Shown: one piece after another, positions 1 to 13,763 of the stretch | Numbering within the stretch: position 1 is the stretch's first letter | Layout of the letters: each line of letters opens with the position of its first letter | From: Felis catus | Lineage: Eukaryota | Reading direction: 5' to 3' | Assembly (NCBI RefSeq): GCF_018350175.1 | Contig: NC_058368.1 | Location: 129,954,001 to 130,018,000 of the forward strand | DNA length: 64,000 nucleotides | The notes under the pieces: model-generated | Told to the model about the DNA's origin: nothing | The model's input: the letters and a program-made list of their open reading frames with translations, nothing else | Databases searched by the model: none | Made by a program: the position numbers and the translations under genes

Positions 1-59
1 TTGCTTAAAAGCTAATACTTTTAAAAATAATTAACATACATTATTTAGGTATGTAATAA

Positions 60-1380
60 AATGATCTAGTAGTTCTGCACATGACTCTGTTCTCAGCATG
101 AAAAGTGTACTCTTAATCCCCTTCACTCTATATCACACACCTTCCCACCTACCACCTCTGGTAACCACCAGTTCTCTGTATTTAAGACTGTTTTTTTGGC
201 TTGTCTCTTTTTTTCTTTGTAAACTATTTTGTTGCATAAATTCCACACGAGTGCAATCATATGGTATTTGTCTTTCTCTCACTGACTTATGTCATATAGC
301 ATAATACCCTCTAGATCCATCTGTGTTGTTGCAAATGGCAAGAGTTCATTCTTTTTTATGGCTGAGTAATATTCCATTGTATATCTGTACCACATCCTTT
401 TTATCTTTTCGTCTGTGGATGGCCACTTGAGTTGCTTCCGTATCTTGGCTCCTGGAGATAATGCTAGAATAAACATAGAATAAAGCGTATGTCTTTTTGA
501 ATTAGTGTTTTCATTTTCTTTGGGTAAATAGCTAGTAATGGGTTACTGAATCATAAGATACTTCTAGTTATAATTGTTTGAGGTCGCTCCATACTGTTTT
601 CCACACGGCTGCACCTGTTTGCAATCCCACCAACAGTGCAACAGGGTTCCTTTTTCCCCACATCCTCAGTTATTTTAGCCATTTTTTCGGTGTGACATGA
701 TGCCTCATTTTGGTTTTAATTTTTATTTCCCTGATGATGAGTGATACTGAACATCTTTTCATGTGTCTGTTGGCAATGTATATGTCTTCTTTGGAAAAAT
801 ACCTATTTGTCATCTCATTTTGATCAGATTATTTGTTTTTTGGGGGTGGTGGTATTGCATTGTCTAAGTTCTTTATATGTCTTGGATATTAATCCGTTTC
901 AGATACATTATTTGCAATTATCTTCTTACGCTTGGTAGATTGTCTTTTTGTTGTTGATGGTTTCCTTTGCTGTGCAAAACCTTTTTATTTTGGTGTAGTT
1001 CCAATGCTTGCCTTTTGCTTTTGTTTCCCTCACCAAAGGAGACTCAAGTGTTTCTACAGCAGACGTCTAAGACATTACTGCCTATGTGTCTTCCAGGAAT
1101 TTTATCGTTTTGGATCTCACATTTAGGTCTTTAATCCATTTTGAGTTTGTTTCTGTATATGGTACAATAAAATGATCCAGTTTCATTCTTTTGCATGTAG
1201 CTGTTGAGTTTTCCCAGTACCATTTGTTGAAGAGACAGTCTTTTTCCCATTGCATACTCTTGCCTCCTTTGTTGAAGATTAATTGACCATATAATTATGG
1301 GTTTATTTCTGTGCTCTCTGTTCTGTTCCACTGATTTATGTGTCTGTTGTTGTGCCAGTGCCATACTGTCTTAATTACTA
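60..1380 (-). mobile_element. L1 3' fragment (end of ORF2 and 3'UTR), antisense
   Basis: Minus-strand translation WPSTDEKIKRMWYRYTMEYYSAIKKNE...DLEGIML is the L1 ORF2 C-terminus. Confidence 0.9.
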
Positions 1381-1745
1381 CAAAAAAGCAAACACTTATG
1401 AAATGCCTTTTGCTGCCTCTGTTGGTGTGACATTTTGTAAGGGTTTTTTATAATGCAAATGTGATACATTAACAAAATGATACTGTTATTAGAATGTGAT
1501 TAATTATTCTATGTGGTATGTATAGCTATGTCTATATATTATACACCTTATATCACTTTTTTTATCAAATCGATTTTTAATGGATTGTAAAAGTGCATCT
1601 AGTGTTGGAATATTGAATATGTCATGTGTTTGTGTATTCTGAGATTTAGTGTGTGTTCTTTAATTCATTGTTTTCTTTACCTGTATTTGCATGAAGCAGT
1701 TACTTGCATTATTAAGTATTACCAGTATGTCTTTCTGATTTTTAG

Positions 1746-1841
1746 GTTGTGGAAAACGCCCTTAAAGTGAACCCAGTATTAGGTCCACAGATGTTTCAAC
1801 CAATTCTACCCTGTGTTTTCAGAGGTATTATAGAAGGAGAG
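1746..1841 (+). CDS. IPO11: IPO11 internal coding exon (VVENALKVNPVLGPQMFQPILPCVFRGIIEGE)
   Basis: tttag acceptor and gtaaga donor; 96 nt, phase 0-0; the peptide matches the importin-11 C-terminal HEAT region as recalled and joins the next exon in frame. Confidence 0.96.
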
Positions 1842-1899
1842 GTAAGATTTTCCTTAAGCTTCTAAGAGTAGTAGTATTGGACTCTAGGATTCTACTTTT

Positions 1900-1945
1900 T
1901 TTCTTTAAGTTTTATGTATGTATGTATGTATGTATGCATTTATGT

Positions 1946-2000
<55 letters not shown>

Positions 2001-2165
2001 CGCGCATGAGTGGGGGAGGGGCAGAGACAGAGGGAGAGAAAGAGACTCTCCAGCAGGCTCCACACTGCCAGCACAGAGCCTGATGTGGGGCTCAAGCCCA
2101 CGGAGCTGCAAGATCATGATCTGAGCCAAAACCAAGAGTCGGATGCTTAACTGCCTGAGCCATCT
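1900..2165 (-). mobile_element. CAN-SINE whose tail has expanded into a compound microsatellite (TATG)n(TG)n(AG)n
   Basis: Antisense SINE body (gcaggctccacactg...agatcatgatctgagcc) next to the repeats. Confidence 0.9.
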
Positions 2166-2804
2166 ACTTTTATTTTCCTTCTTCGTTGGAAAAATACTTT
2201 TTCTTTATTATTACAGATAAACAGAGACCTTTTCTTATAATTGGAGTGTTTTGAAGTATATCAAGTAATTTTCAGGGTAGTTATCCAACTTTGCATTTTC
2301 CTTCTCCACAAAGTATAGCTTTTTTTTTTAAACGTATGTCTCTTATTCATATGCATGTGTATTCATCCACAAAGATTTGAAATAGAGGAATGGAAAAGAA
2401 CAGTGCTAGTTGTACCACTTATTAAATATATGCAAATAATGCTTCTTTTTTTGAAGTCACTCTTTTAAGTTGATCCATATAACTATGTACTTTTGGAGTA
2501 TTGACAGTAGTAGGAATAAATAAGCCATCGGTAAACATTCTTTCTGTGTGTCTGTTTATAATCCATATAACATATATGTAACACATTTATTTGACCTTGT
2601 ATGACATATATTTAGTAAGTTACTTCAAACTCAGATAATACTGGCACTTTATCCTAAAGAAGGGATTTTGATGTAGAATGTTATTGTATATCCCTGTTGA
2701 CTGTTACTGTGTCCGTAATTGTTCTTATTTATACTCCTACCTAATTTTGACTCCTACCTATACTCCTGACATAATTTTATGTGTGCTGTCATTTATTTTT
2801 ACAG

Positions 2805-2918
2805 AGGTATCCTGTCGTGATGTCAACATATCTTGGCGTTATGGGTCGAGTCCTGCTACAAAATACTAGTTTTTTTTCTTCGCTTCTTAATGAGATGGCA
2901 CATAAATTTAATCAAGAG
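2805..2918 (+). CDS. IPO11: IPO11 internal coding exon (RYPVVMSTYLGVMGRVLLQNTSFFSSLLNEMAHKFNQE)
   Basis: tttttacag acceptor, gtaaga donor; 114 nt, phase 0-0, open frame continuous with both neighbours. Confidence 0.96.
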
Positions 2919-4214
2919 GTAAGAATCAGTTGAGTTAAATTAAAGAAATTCAGTCTTTATTCAAATGAGGATTGGAAATAATTTGGTGAAATAATTCTAT
3001 AAAAGTCTTGTAGTATTTAAAATTTTATATTTAAAATTCTTAATAACTTACATTATACCTGTAATTTTGAAGAAAGAAAAAGGAATCTGTGAATGGCAAC
3101 TGAAATTTACCCTTGTTCTCTTCATAATAGGCACTTGTATTCTGCTTAGCCATAGGATGGAATTTTGGTTTGTTTATGGTTGCAGTTTTTATTTATTCAT
3201 ACTTGAAGCAGAAATACTTGACATAAAATTATTTGCTGTCTTGCAATGTCGTGCAGTGAGTTTCCTTCGTAATTATTGTGGGAAATAAGGTTATCAGCAA
3301 AAGCTTACTAAAAAAATACTGTAACTGAAACCAGCCACCAGGGCAAGTATGGAATAAGGTTCTTAAGTGAGTTGGTTACTTGAGACTGTATACATTATGT
3401 TAAAATATGGTTTTTGTGTTTTAGGTCCTTAATCTTTTCACATTTGTAAGATCCAGAAGGTGGAAAAGTACTTGAACGATGTCTTTAGAATGGAGGCAGT
3501 TTGTAAAATCTCTGTGAAATAAAACAAAGAATAACAGATGTGTTATTTCCACTTAAAGGAAATCTAGATCAAGGAAGTGCAGATTTGAGAGTGTATATGG
3601 CTTTTCTAGAATTTCATTTAGATATTATCACTAGATAATATCTAAATATCGTTAGAACTCCTAGTCTTTGTTTAGATGAATAGATATGTAAGATTTTTCA
3701 TTACCTTCATTAAATTTAGCTGTGATGGGATAATATTAAAACAGTTAAAGGAGTTTATTTAGTTCAGTTTAGCAAAATTTGTTGAGTGATTTTTAAAATA
3801 ACAGTATATTTAACAACAATATAAGTGTCATGTATTATATTAAATCCTTACAACAACCTATTGAAATAATAGTATTTTTATTTCCATCTCTCATATAAGA
3901 AATCCGAGGCTTCCATAAATTTACGAGCTTGCCTAATTTTACACAGCTAGTAAGTGATGGAGTTTCTGTGTATATTCCAGCTAACCTATCTTTGGAGCCT
4001 CATCTCTCAGTGAACACTCTACACTGCCTCCTATCCATCCTGGATCAGACACTTGTACACTACACACTGGAGACATTTGTTTTGACAAGCTTAGAGTAAT
4101 CTTAAGGGAGAGAATACTTAAATGGGTAATTTCACAGTAATCGTATGAGCACTATGTTAGAGATGTGTTCATTGTGCTGTGAGAAGAGAGCTGTCTACTA
4201 TGTTACGTTTTTTT

Positions 4215-5330
4215 CCTTTTTTGTGTGTGATAAAACACATATAAAATTTACCTTCAGTGATTTTTAAGTGTATCGTTCAGTGGTATTAAATATATTCATA
4301 ATGTTGTACAGTCATCAGCACCATCCATCTTTATAACTCTTCCAGTCTTATAAAACTTGAACCTCTACACCTGTTAAACCATAACTCTCCTAGCTGCTGG
4401 CAACCACCATTACACTTTCTATGCCTGTGATTTTGACTACTCTTAAGTACCTCATGTAAATGGAATCATAAAGTATTTGCCTTTTTGTGACTAACTTACA
4501 TTACTGACATAATTTCCTTGTTGTAACACAGGTCAGATTTCACTTTCTTTTTAAGGCTGAAAGATATTCCAATGTATGTATATGCCACATTTTGCTTATC
4601 TGTTCATGCTTGGGTTACTTCCACAATTTAGCTACTGTGAATAAAGCTACTATGAACATGGCTTTACACTTACCTCTCGAAGTCACTGTTTTCACTTCTT
4701 TTGGATTGGTATCCTGAAGTGGAATCCCCGGGTCATATGGTAATTCTATTTTTAATTTTGTGAGGAACCGCCATACTCTTTTCCCCAGCAGCTGTGCCAT
4801 TTCAAATTCCTGCCCACCGTGCACAAGGGTTCCAGTGTTTGCCAACACTTGTTGTTTCTGTTTTGTTGTTGTTGTTGTTGTTTTGAGAGTGTTCACCTTA
4901 ATGTGTGTGAGGTGGTATCTCCGTGTGTTTGTGAATGAATAGTGATGTAGACTGATGAATAGTGATGTAGACTGTCTCTGCATATGCTCATTGCCCATTT
5001 GTGTTTTTCTTCTTTGAAGAAATGTCTAGTCAAGTTCTTTGCCCTTCAATCAGATTGTGTTTTGTTGTTGAGTTTGAGGAATTATTTATATGTTCTAGAT
5101 ATTAATTCCTAGATATTATGTATTCTAGATATTAATTAATTCCAGATAAATGATTTGCAAATATTTTATCCTGTTCTGTGGGTTGCCTTGTTACTTTGCT
5201 GATACTTTTGCTACACAAAATTTTTTAGTTTTCAAGAAGTCCAGTTTGCCTTTCTTTTCCTTTATTGCCTATGCCTTTCTGCCATATTCGAGAAATCATT
5301 GTCAAATCCAACGTGGGGAAGCTTTTTTAC
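4215..5330 (-). mobile_element. Old L1 3' fragment, antisense
   Basis: Translation VWRFLTKLKIELPYDPGIPL...MFIVALFTVAKLWK is L1 ORF2. Confidence 0.88.
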
Positions 5331-7133
5331 TGTGTTTTTTTTTGTTTTGTTTTGTTTTGTTTTTAACGTGGTGCATTAAAAAGTCATACAGAAAATTTTC
5401 TGTAATTTCCTATCTATGTTTCCATGTTATCTTAAATAATCATCATTTAAAAAAAATAGATGAGAAGAAAAGGCCACCTCCACGGTGTTAAATTTCATAT
5501 TAAAGAGAAATCACAAACAGTGGCTATTGCTGGGACTGTTGGAGCCCGTTGACAGTGTGAAAGATTGAGGAAAGAGCTGTTATTATTGGTTCAGACTTCT
5601 TTCATTCCTGGTATTTAGAGCGTAAGCCTTTTATGGAACACTTGTTATCTTTTCTCTTTTCATTTTTCATGACGAAGAGGACATTTGTTTTTCCTCAAAG
5701 AATTCAACGAAAACATGTCAAGCCATCATGTTTGAGCGTAGAGACGAAGGGAATGGAAGTGAATAAAATAGTATTCCAGTTCAGATGGCTGCTTTTGACT
5801 CTAAGCACAGTTTTGAAGAACATCAAAAATACATGCAGGAATTAATTAGGGCTAGGCAAATGAATTCCAGTAAATCTAGATAGCTTTGAAGCAAGCAAGG
5901 GTTTTGGAGATAGGTTGTCTCTTCTCAACACTTGAGAACAGTATGAGATAGTAGAGTAGGCCAAGTTAAACTAAGAATGATTTCGTATCTTTGGGAAAGG
6001 AGCTGGGTTTATTGCAGAAGCCACCATTAGAGTACTTTTTCTTCTAAGCATTTGTTGTGCGAAGTCTCTCAGGGTTACTTGTTTATATTGAATGAATGAT
6101 GAAAACTTTTTAGACTAATCACCTAATTTAGAGCTTAGAACTTTGGGGATATTGCGTGGTCTAGGGAAATTTACTAGAAAGTCACAGTATTTGTAGGTGG
6201 GTTTTTTTTGTTTTTTGTTTTTTTTCCTCCTGAGGCATAGCCTCTCTTTTAGTATGAACAACTGTTGTGGAAGTCATGGTGGGGGAAGGGCTTTGCAGGT
6301 GAGAATGTTTCACCATTCAGCATCTAGATTTTCATTTAAATTCTCTGACTTTAATTTATACCTCACCTTGCCTTCCTCTGTTCTTGGTTTCTTGAGTTGG
6401 AGCTTCTCTGATTTTAATAGTTCAGATTTTGTGTCTGAATTATTTCAGGAGTGGGAAAGGGGATCTACAAGGTTCTGATTGTTTCTTATACAGATTCTCA
6501 GCCAGTTTTCCTGTTTTGAGCTCTGTGCGTCACCTCTGCCTTCTTTGAGGCATGATGATTGCAGGATTCTGAGGACCACATCTGCTTACATTATTGTTAC
6601 TTCTTTGGCGGGCAGCTTGGTTTCAGGCTTTGCTGTTCTGCCCAGTCACTTAAGATTGTTTCATGCACCGGCCATCCTCAAAACACTGTTGCTGTCTTTA
6701 CCCAGTGTAGTTTCTCCTCTTGGACTCTATGGGATTAATCCTTTGCTTTTTATATTTCTTTACTTTCATTGTGGGATTTAGGGGAGGGGGGAGTCCAACA
6801 AATGCCTACGTTCAGTACTAATTGATAATACTGCATTATGAAAACAAAATGTCCATATGCTGCCAGGATAGGTTTGCCTACAAAAGCTTACCATAATCTA
6901 GTTCTTGACTCCTTTAGCCTCATCCCTTAGCCTCATTTTGGAACTTCATGATCAGTTATTCACTGCGCCGATCACTTGTCGCTTTCTTGAGAGCACTTAC
7001 CTTCCTCTTGCTCCAGAGTACTTGCCTACAGGCTCTTCATTCCCTCTCCCTCAAACACCCCGTCCCAGTCTCTCACCTTCCTTAAGCTTGATTCTTCATC
7101 TTGTTTCCTTCTGCCTTAAAACTAAAATCTTCT

Positions 7134-7261
7134 AGGGGTTCCTGGGTGGTTCATTTGGTTAAGCATTCACCTCTTGGTTTGAGCTTAGATTCTGATCTCA
7201 CTGTTCATGGATTTGAGCTCCACGCTGAGGTCTGTGTTAACATTGTGGAACCTGCTTGGGA

Positions 7262-7340
<79 letters not shown>

Positions 7341-7405
7341 CCCCCCCCCTTCCCCAGCTCACACTCTCTATCTCAAAATAAATAAACTTAAAAAAAAAAA
7401 AAAAA
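7134..7405 (+). mobile_element. CAN-SINE with long (TC)n and A tail
   Basis: ggggttcctgggtggttca head, (TC)n, aaaataaataaac plus poly(A). Confidence 0.9.
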
Positions 7406-7617
7406 CAACTAAGCTCCTCTAGGTAACTTTGCCTTAGTCTCCTAAGCTTTAGTTGGGTCTTTCTTAGGTATTCCTATAGTATTGGGAACTATGCATTTAT
7501 CATCAGGGCCGGGTTTGGGTGAGGCAAGTGAGGTGCTGAGAGTGAGCACCTCCTTAAATTTTGACCTCACACACTTTTTTTTTGCTTCATCCTTGTTTTG
7601 GCTCTATTCATGTGTTC

Positions 7618-8145
7618 ACAGGGTCAGCAGACTATGTATGGCCTATGGCCCAGATTCAGTCTGCTGCTTGTTATTGTAAAGTCTATGAGTTAAGGATGGT
7701 TTTTATAGGGATGTCTATGAACTGGGTGGCTTAGTTGGTTAAGCATCCAACTCTTGGATTCGATTCAGGTCATGATCTCACAGTTCGTGGGATTGAGCCA
7801 CATGTCAGGCTCTGTGCTGACAGCTCAGAGCCTGCTTGGGATTCTTTCTGCCTTTCTGTCTTTCTCCTGCTTACACTGTCTCTCTTTCTCTCTGAAAATA
7901 AACAAATAAACAAAGAAAAAGAATGGGCTTTATATTTCTTAATGGTTGAGAAAAGAATAGTAGTGTTTACTGACACATGAAAGTTTTCCAAAATTTTGTA
8001 CAGGAATACATCCATGTGCATTTCTTTACATATTGTTTATGACTAATGTTGAGAGTTGAATATTTATGACTGAGACAATAAGGCCCACAAAGCCTTAAAT
8101 ATTTACTAACTGTCCCTTTACAGAAAAAGCTTGCTGAGCTCCTGT
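7618..8145. mobile_element. MER58-like hAT/Charlie element interrupted by a CAN-SINE (about 7708-7920, +)
   Basis: cagggtcagcagact... and ...ccctttacagaaaaagcttgctgagctcctg termini; SINE head and body inside. Confidence 0.65.
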
Positions 8146-9214
8146 GTTCGAATTGTTTATTTAAGTCCCCACACATTCACTGTTTTGTGCTGTTATTATT
8201 TTTGTAATCAAGGAAATAAATGTATAGACTATGGAGACATCTGTCTTTGCTGATTGCATCCTTATTCCAACCAGATACTTTATTGTAGTTTTAGTTGTAT
8301 ACATTACATTTCAATGTTAACTTGATATCTGCTTTTACAATGGTTATGGTTTATTTTTTAAATCTTGCTTACTAGGTATTAATTGTAGGAAGTCTAGAGA
8401 GCCTCTCTACCATTTGTTTCCAAATTAAATGTGACTTGAAGACAAGTGATATATATCAGAAGTTACCAAATTGTCATGGTTCATGGCGCCCTTAGCGTGT
8501 CTATAATATTTTCACGTGCTCATAAGCCAGAAGAAATAAAAATATCTCATGGTTTCTTTTATTAACTGGTTGGCTCCATGCAGCTTAATATGTACTTTAG
8601 TCCTAATAATTTAGTAGTTAACTGAAAAACAATATATAAGTCTAAAGAAAGAAAAATATATTTATTTCATTCTTAAATTGCCACAATTACTTACTAATGG
8701 AATATGTATGCTTATTGGGCACCACTCAGATTCTCAAACTTTGGAGTCAGATTGGACACCTGCAACTTCGTTTTGTTTTACCTGGATTTCTGAGTAGTAC
8801 TTCCCAAAGATAGAAAATCATCATAAAGAAGAATTCTTGTGGTATCTGACAGATATTTCTCTGTGTCTCTGAATAATTATAAGCCTTTTGTGACTTCATT
8901 GCATCCTAGGATGCAGCACACAGTTAGCAGAACTCAAATATAAGTAATTGTCTTGAACATGTGTTTCCTTGACTGTTTATTACTTGTACAAAGTTGAAGT
9001 ATTTCTAGGAAAACATGTAGAGGCATATAAGAAGAACAGTGTGGGAACTTAAGGTTGATTTTGTATTCCCCAAATCCATGAAGTAGAGATGTTGATAGTA
9101 ATTGCATTTTTTCAAAAGTACTATAAGTGGACACGTGTTTATAAGCAAACCCTGAGATTGACTTTCAGTCACTATGATCAGTACAGTTGGTTGTGTTTTC
9201 CTTGATAGGTTCTA

Positions 9215-9918
9215 ACACTTTGAGTCAACATTCTCCAGAAAAAAGAGAATCTTTTGTGTGGAGAGAGATGTGTGTCCATGTATACACATCACACACACAA
9301 GGATGAGAGAGAATATGAGAGAATGGAGGGGGAGGAGGCAGGGAGGGAGTGATTCTAAGGAATTGGCTCACTTGATTGTAGGCACTGGCGAGTCCTAATT
9401 TTTTAGGAAAGGCTGAAAATTGAAATAGGATTTCTGGGTTATAGTCTTGAGGCAGGATTTCTTCTTTTCTGGGAAACCTTAAGTTTTGCTCTTAAGGGGA
9501 AATTCCCCTGATTGAATGAGGCCCAATCCACATTATCTAGGGTAATCTCTCTTTTCTTTAAAGTCAACTCTTGGGGCGCCTGGGTGGCGCAGTCGGTTAA
9601 GCGTCCGACTTCAGCCAGGTCACGATCTCGCGGTCCGTGAGTTCGAGCCCCGCGTCGGGCTCTCGGCTGATGGCTCAGAGCCTGGAGCCTGTTTCTGATT
9701 CTGTGTCTCCCTCTCTCTCTGCCCCTCCCCTGTTCATGCTCTGTCTCTCTCTGTCTCAAAAATAAATAAACGTTGAAAAAAAAAATTTTTAAAGTCAACT
9801 CTTGGTACATGTTAATCATATCTATAAACTGCTTTGACAGTAACATCTAGACTAGTATTTGACCAGACAATTGGACACCTTAGCCTGGCGGAGTTGAAAG
9901 GTACAATTAACCAGCACA
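9215..9918 (-). mobile_element. MLT2-like (ERVL) solo LTR interrupted by a young SINE
   Basis: ttctccagaa...aaggaattggctcac...tgaggccca...aattaaccagcaca resembles the MLT2 reverse complement. Confidence 0.65.
9573..9790 (+). mobile_element. Young felid CAN-SINE with TSD
   Basis: CpG-rich intact consensus; TSD aaagtcaactctt on both sides. Confidence 0.95.
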
Positions 9919-10446
9919 CTTAGCAATTCTGTATTATGTTGATTATTTTTAATGTAGCATATAAATGTCCTGGAAACTGATTTATTTTTCTTTGAAATAC
10001 TGCAGGTTGAGGTTACAACCTATCCTTTCCTCCAAAAGTAGCAACAAATCAGTCCAGCAAATTACGCTTTAAATATTTAAACATCTAATCACCCAAGTGA
10101 ATAACTATAACCTAAGTACAAGTTGACAATTTTGAAAAATGAGTGTACTTTTTTAGTGTACCAGGAGTGTATTGGATTGGTGATTTATTAAATGAAATTA
10201 CTAAAATCTAAATCTATTTAGATCTCGGAATAAGTTGGCTCTCAAGATTAATGAGAGTCATTTTCCGGTTTGCTCAAATTATTCCTTTCCAGCTCCAGGC
10301 TTGCCCCAAATTCTTGTATTTCAGTTCTGTCATTTGCTGGAATTGAACTTTAACCACACCTTGTGAGGTCTTAGCCTTTAACAGTAGTGCTCCGCAAGTA
10401 AATAGCATTTCATCTATTTTAAGATGCCTCCTGCTCTTTTTTTCAG

Positions 10447-10568
10447 ATGGATCAGCTTTTGGGAAATATGATTGAAATGTGGGTTGATCGAATGGACAAC
10501 ATTACACAGCCTGAAAGAAGAAAACTTTCAGCTTTGGCTTTGCTTTCTCTTCTGCCATCTGATAATAG
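10447..10568 (+). CDS. IPO11: IPO11 internal coding exon (MDQLLGNMIEMWVDRMDNITQPERRKLSALALLSLLPSDN-S)
   Basis: Polypyrimidine tract plus tttcag acceptor, gtgagg donor; 122 nt, ends in phase 2 (AG|T = Ser with the exon at 42909). Confidence 0.96.
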
Positions 10569-11181
10569 GTGAGGAAATGCTTTTTAATACTTTTGTTTCT
10601 TTAAAGCATCAAAATATTAGCACTATCTTTGGCCGTTGGTATTGCTGCATGTTGCTGGGCAGTGTTGTATTATATATATATGTGTGCTAATTTTGTTAGT
10701 AGACCGTGATGGGACAAGTGTTGGTCTAGATCTAAAAAAGATGTGAATGGGAGCGGTGGGCACTTCACTTTAACTTGGTCATGTTCATTTCATAATTTAT
10801 GTCACTTTTGTCTGAATTTTCATTTTTTTAAAATCAGATTTTATTACTTATTTTAGGTCCTCTTTTTTGTATAAGGTCAACGTGTAAAATTATGTCAGTA
10901 GCACTTTATAAAGTATCCTCCTGGTAATTCAAAAGAATGTTACATAATTTGTTGTTACTTATTGTGCATTATCTCTAAAGAAGCTTGCGATTTCTTTTTT
11001 CTCTTTGCATAGCTAAAGTCATTTTGTTATAGTTTACACACTTTGTTAAAACTTTCATTTCCATAAAGCAAATTTAAAATCCTTTGATTTGGACGTTAAA
11101 CAACACTATCAGTTTTTTTGTTTTTACCCCTTGTCATTGTGGAGTTTGGCATTACCTCTTTCTTTCTTTCTTTCGTTCTTC

Positions 11182-11184
<3 letters not shown>

Positions 11185-11241
<57 letters not shown>

Positions 11242-11459
11242 ACTTATTTATTTGAAATTTTTTTTATTTAGAGAGGGAGAGAGAGCACAGCAGGGGAGGG
11301 ACAGAGAAAGAGGGAGAGAGGGAGAGAGAGAATCCCAAGCAGGCTCCACACTGTCAGCGCAGCGCCCAGTGCGGGGCTCAAAGTCACAAACTGGAAGATT
11401 ATGACCTGGGCTGAAATCAAGAGTTGGACCCTTAACTGACTGAAATGCCCAGGCACCCC
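11185..11459 (-). mobile_element. CAN-SINE with adjacent (TC)n
   Basis: Antisense body ending cccaggcacccc. Confidence 0.88.
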
Positions 11460-12509
11460 TGTTTTTTTTATACTTTTAATTTTAAAGGTATAAAGCAGGC
11501 CTTAAAATTGATTTTGTGTGAGAATAATAAACTAGATCATTATGTCTTAGGGAACTTTAAGAACACTTGTATCCTAATGATAAGTTAGGATAAACTAAAT
11601 CCTATAAATAACTGAAATAAATCCACTTAGCAGGTGTTGTTTATTTCTGATATGGTAGTTTGAAATAAGCCCACAGGTAGTTGTTTTGTCCTAACACCAT
11701 AGCAATAGATAATTATTGAACACATACTGTAATGCTGTATGTCTTTATATATTGCCACATGTTTAACATTTACATCTCATTCAATTTTTAATACAGTCCT
11801 GAGGTATAGGCATGAATATTTTCCTTTTATAGAGCAAAGAAATAACTTGAAGATGTAAACTAACTTTCCTTGTGTGTGGCATGTGGCATAACATAAGGCA
11901 TATTTTGAGCTGGCCCCACTGGATGCCAGGACTTGTTCCTTTAAATACAGGGTAGTGCTCTTTCTTAGGTGGACGTGCACAAGACCAACATATTTCCTCA
12001 CTCTGAAATTGAGTGGTATCTTACTGATTTCTGAAGACCAAATTCCAGCTACCTGTGTTTCTACTTCTGTTTTCCTTTCTTACAGGAGAAACAGTGACTT
12101 GAGAGTATTTAGGCCTTTAACATGGAAGTGTTAAAGAACCTCGTCTTGGACAGTAGCCAACACTGTAAACATTTGTTGAATAAATTAATGAATGGAAAAA
12201 ATATTAAGGTTAATAAAGCATGTTAGAGTTGTCTCTAACCAAGTACTGAAATTCTTGAGGGTAAATTAGAGATAACACACGTTAAATGCAGAAAGATACC
12301 AGTGAACCTCTAACCTCCAGTTTAGAATCACTGCTTTCAAGAATGACCATTTGGGAAACTGTTAAACTCTCCTTTACCCTAATCTAGTGAAATTTGGTAA
12401 AAACTATAGACTTCGGAACTACATTGAAATCTCATTGCTAGTAGTGACTTGCTGATGACCGTGACCATCTTACTTGACTTACCTGTGCCTACATTTCCTT
12501 GTTTTTAAA

Positions 12510-12719
12510 TTTTTTTTTCAACGTTTATTTATTTTTGGGACAGAGAGAGACAGATCATGAACGGGGGAGGGGCAGAGAGAGGGACACACAGAATCGGAAA
12601 CAGGCTCCAGGCTCTGAACTGTCAGCCCAGAGCCCGATGCGGGGCTCGAACTCACGGACCGCGAGATCGTGACCTGGCTGAAGTCGGACGCTTAACCGAC
12701 TGCGCCACCCAGGCGCCCC
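12510..12719 (-). mobile_element. Young felid CAN-SINE with TSD, inserted in a MIR-like element
   Basis: TSD catttccttgtttttaaa; flanks resemble the MIR core (ttacttgactt...gtaaagattaaatgag). Confidence 0.93.
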
Positions 12720-13763
12720 CATTTCCTTGTTTTTAAAATGCAGATACGTTCCTAGTGAGAGTATTGTAAAGATTAAATGAGTTTATATATGTAAGGTCAG
12801 ACTATTTGGATAGATGAGGTTAGCTGTTCTTATTTCTTTCCTTGCTTTCTCTCTTCTTTTCTCACCTATTCATCCATTTACTGCAGGAAAGAGTTCAAGA
12901 AGCCTAAGTCTCTGTGTGTACGTGCACTCATTTCTAATTAAGTACATTTTCAGGTCTATTGAGTGTCTGTATTCCTGTTCATTAATTCATTTTTAAAATG
13001 TCTATCAGTGACATATGTTCTAAGGAATGTTACTTTCTGCTTGATGATGTTTTATAGTACTCTGCCTTATCCCCAGCTTAAGGATATCTGCTGTGTACAT
13101 TCTTGTTCTATTGTCTTGATCACCTTCTTAACATAGTGCAATCTTTTTTTTTTTTTTTTTTAAACTTATGCAGTGCAGTTGTCTTGAGTCATTTTTGTTT
13201 CCCTCTTCCTTTCTTTAGCTGGAATAATTCCAGGTTTGAATATCCTGCCTTTCTTAGGGTCATATTTATATGTAGAGGAAGCAGTATTTTCTTCATTTCA
13301 TTTTTATATGACCATAACATTATTTACATATATCTCCTTTAATATTTTCCAAAAAAAATTCTTCCAAAGTCATAGATTAAACAAAACTACTACTTGGAGA
13401 TGAGAATAATCAAACTTCACTTTGACTGTCTTCTCTAAAATAGCAATTCATCTTCCACCTTCAAAGACACATTTTTATAATGCGATTCTAAGCATTTCAG
13501 ATATAAGTGTTCTTTGAGAGCAAGTATTGCAAGAATTTTGACTTTTATTTTTAGATTTAAGGAAGTCACCAATGGGGAATATTTAACATAAGCTAGTTGA
13601 ATAATTAAAGAGATTGGCAAAGCTGCTGTTTTTAAGTATGATAGCTTGCTTTCTGGGAGAAATTGCCTTTATAATATACTCCTCTGAGTATCAGATTTAC
13701 TAAACCTGCTTGGATTTGATACTTGGTACCTCTCCATAATTCTCGTTTATCTCAAAAATAGTA

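Noticed and set aside
9573..9660. tRNA-like A and B boxes (tggcgcagtcgg, gagttcgagcc)
   Set aside because: tRNA-derived SINE heads, not tRNA genes; followed by (CT)n, A tail and TSD
9439..9846. 135-aa ORF and similar ORFs containing FLRQRETEHE.GRGRERGRHRI (also 17590, 53503)
   Set aside because: Antisense translation of CAN-SINEs
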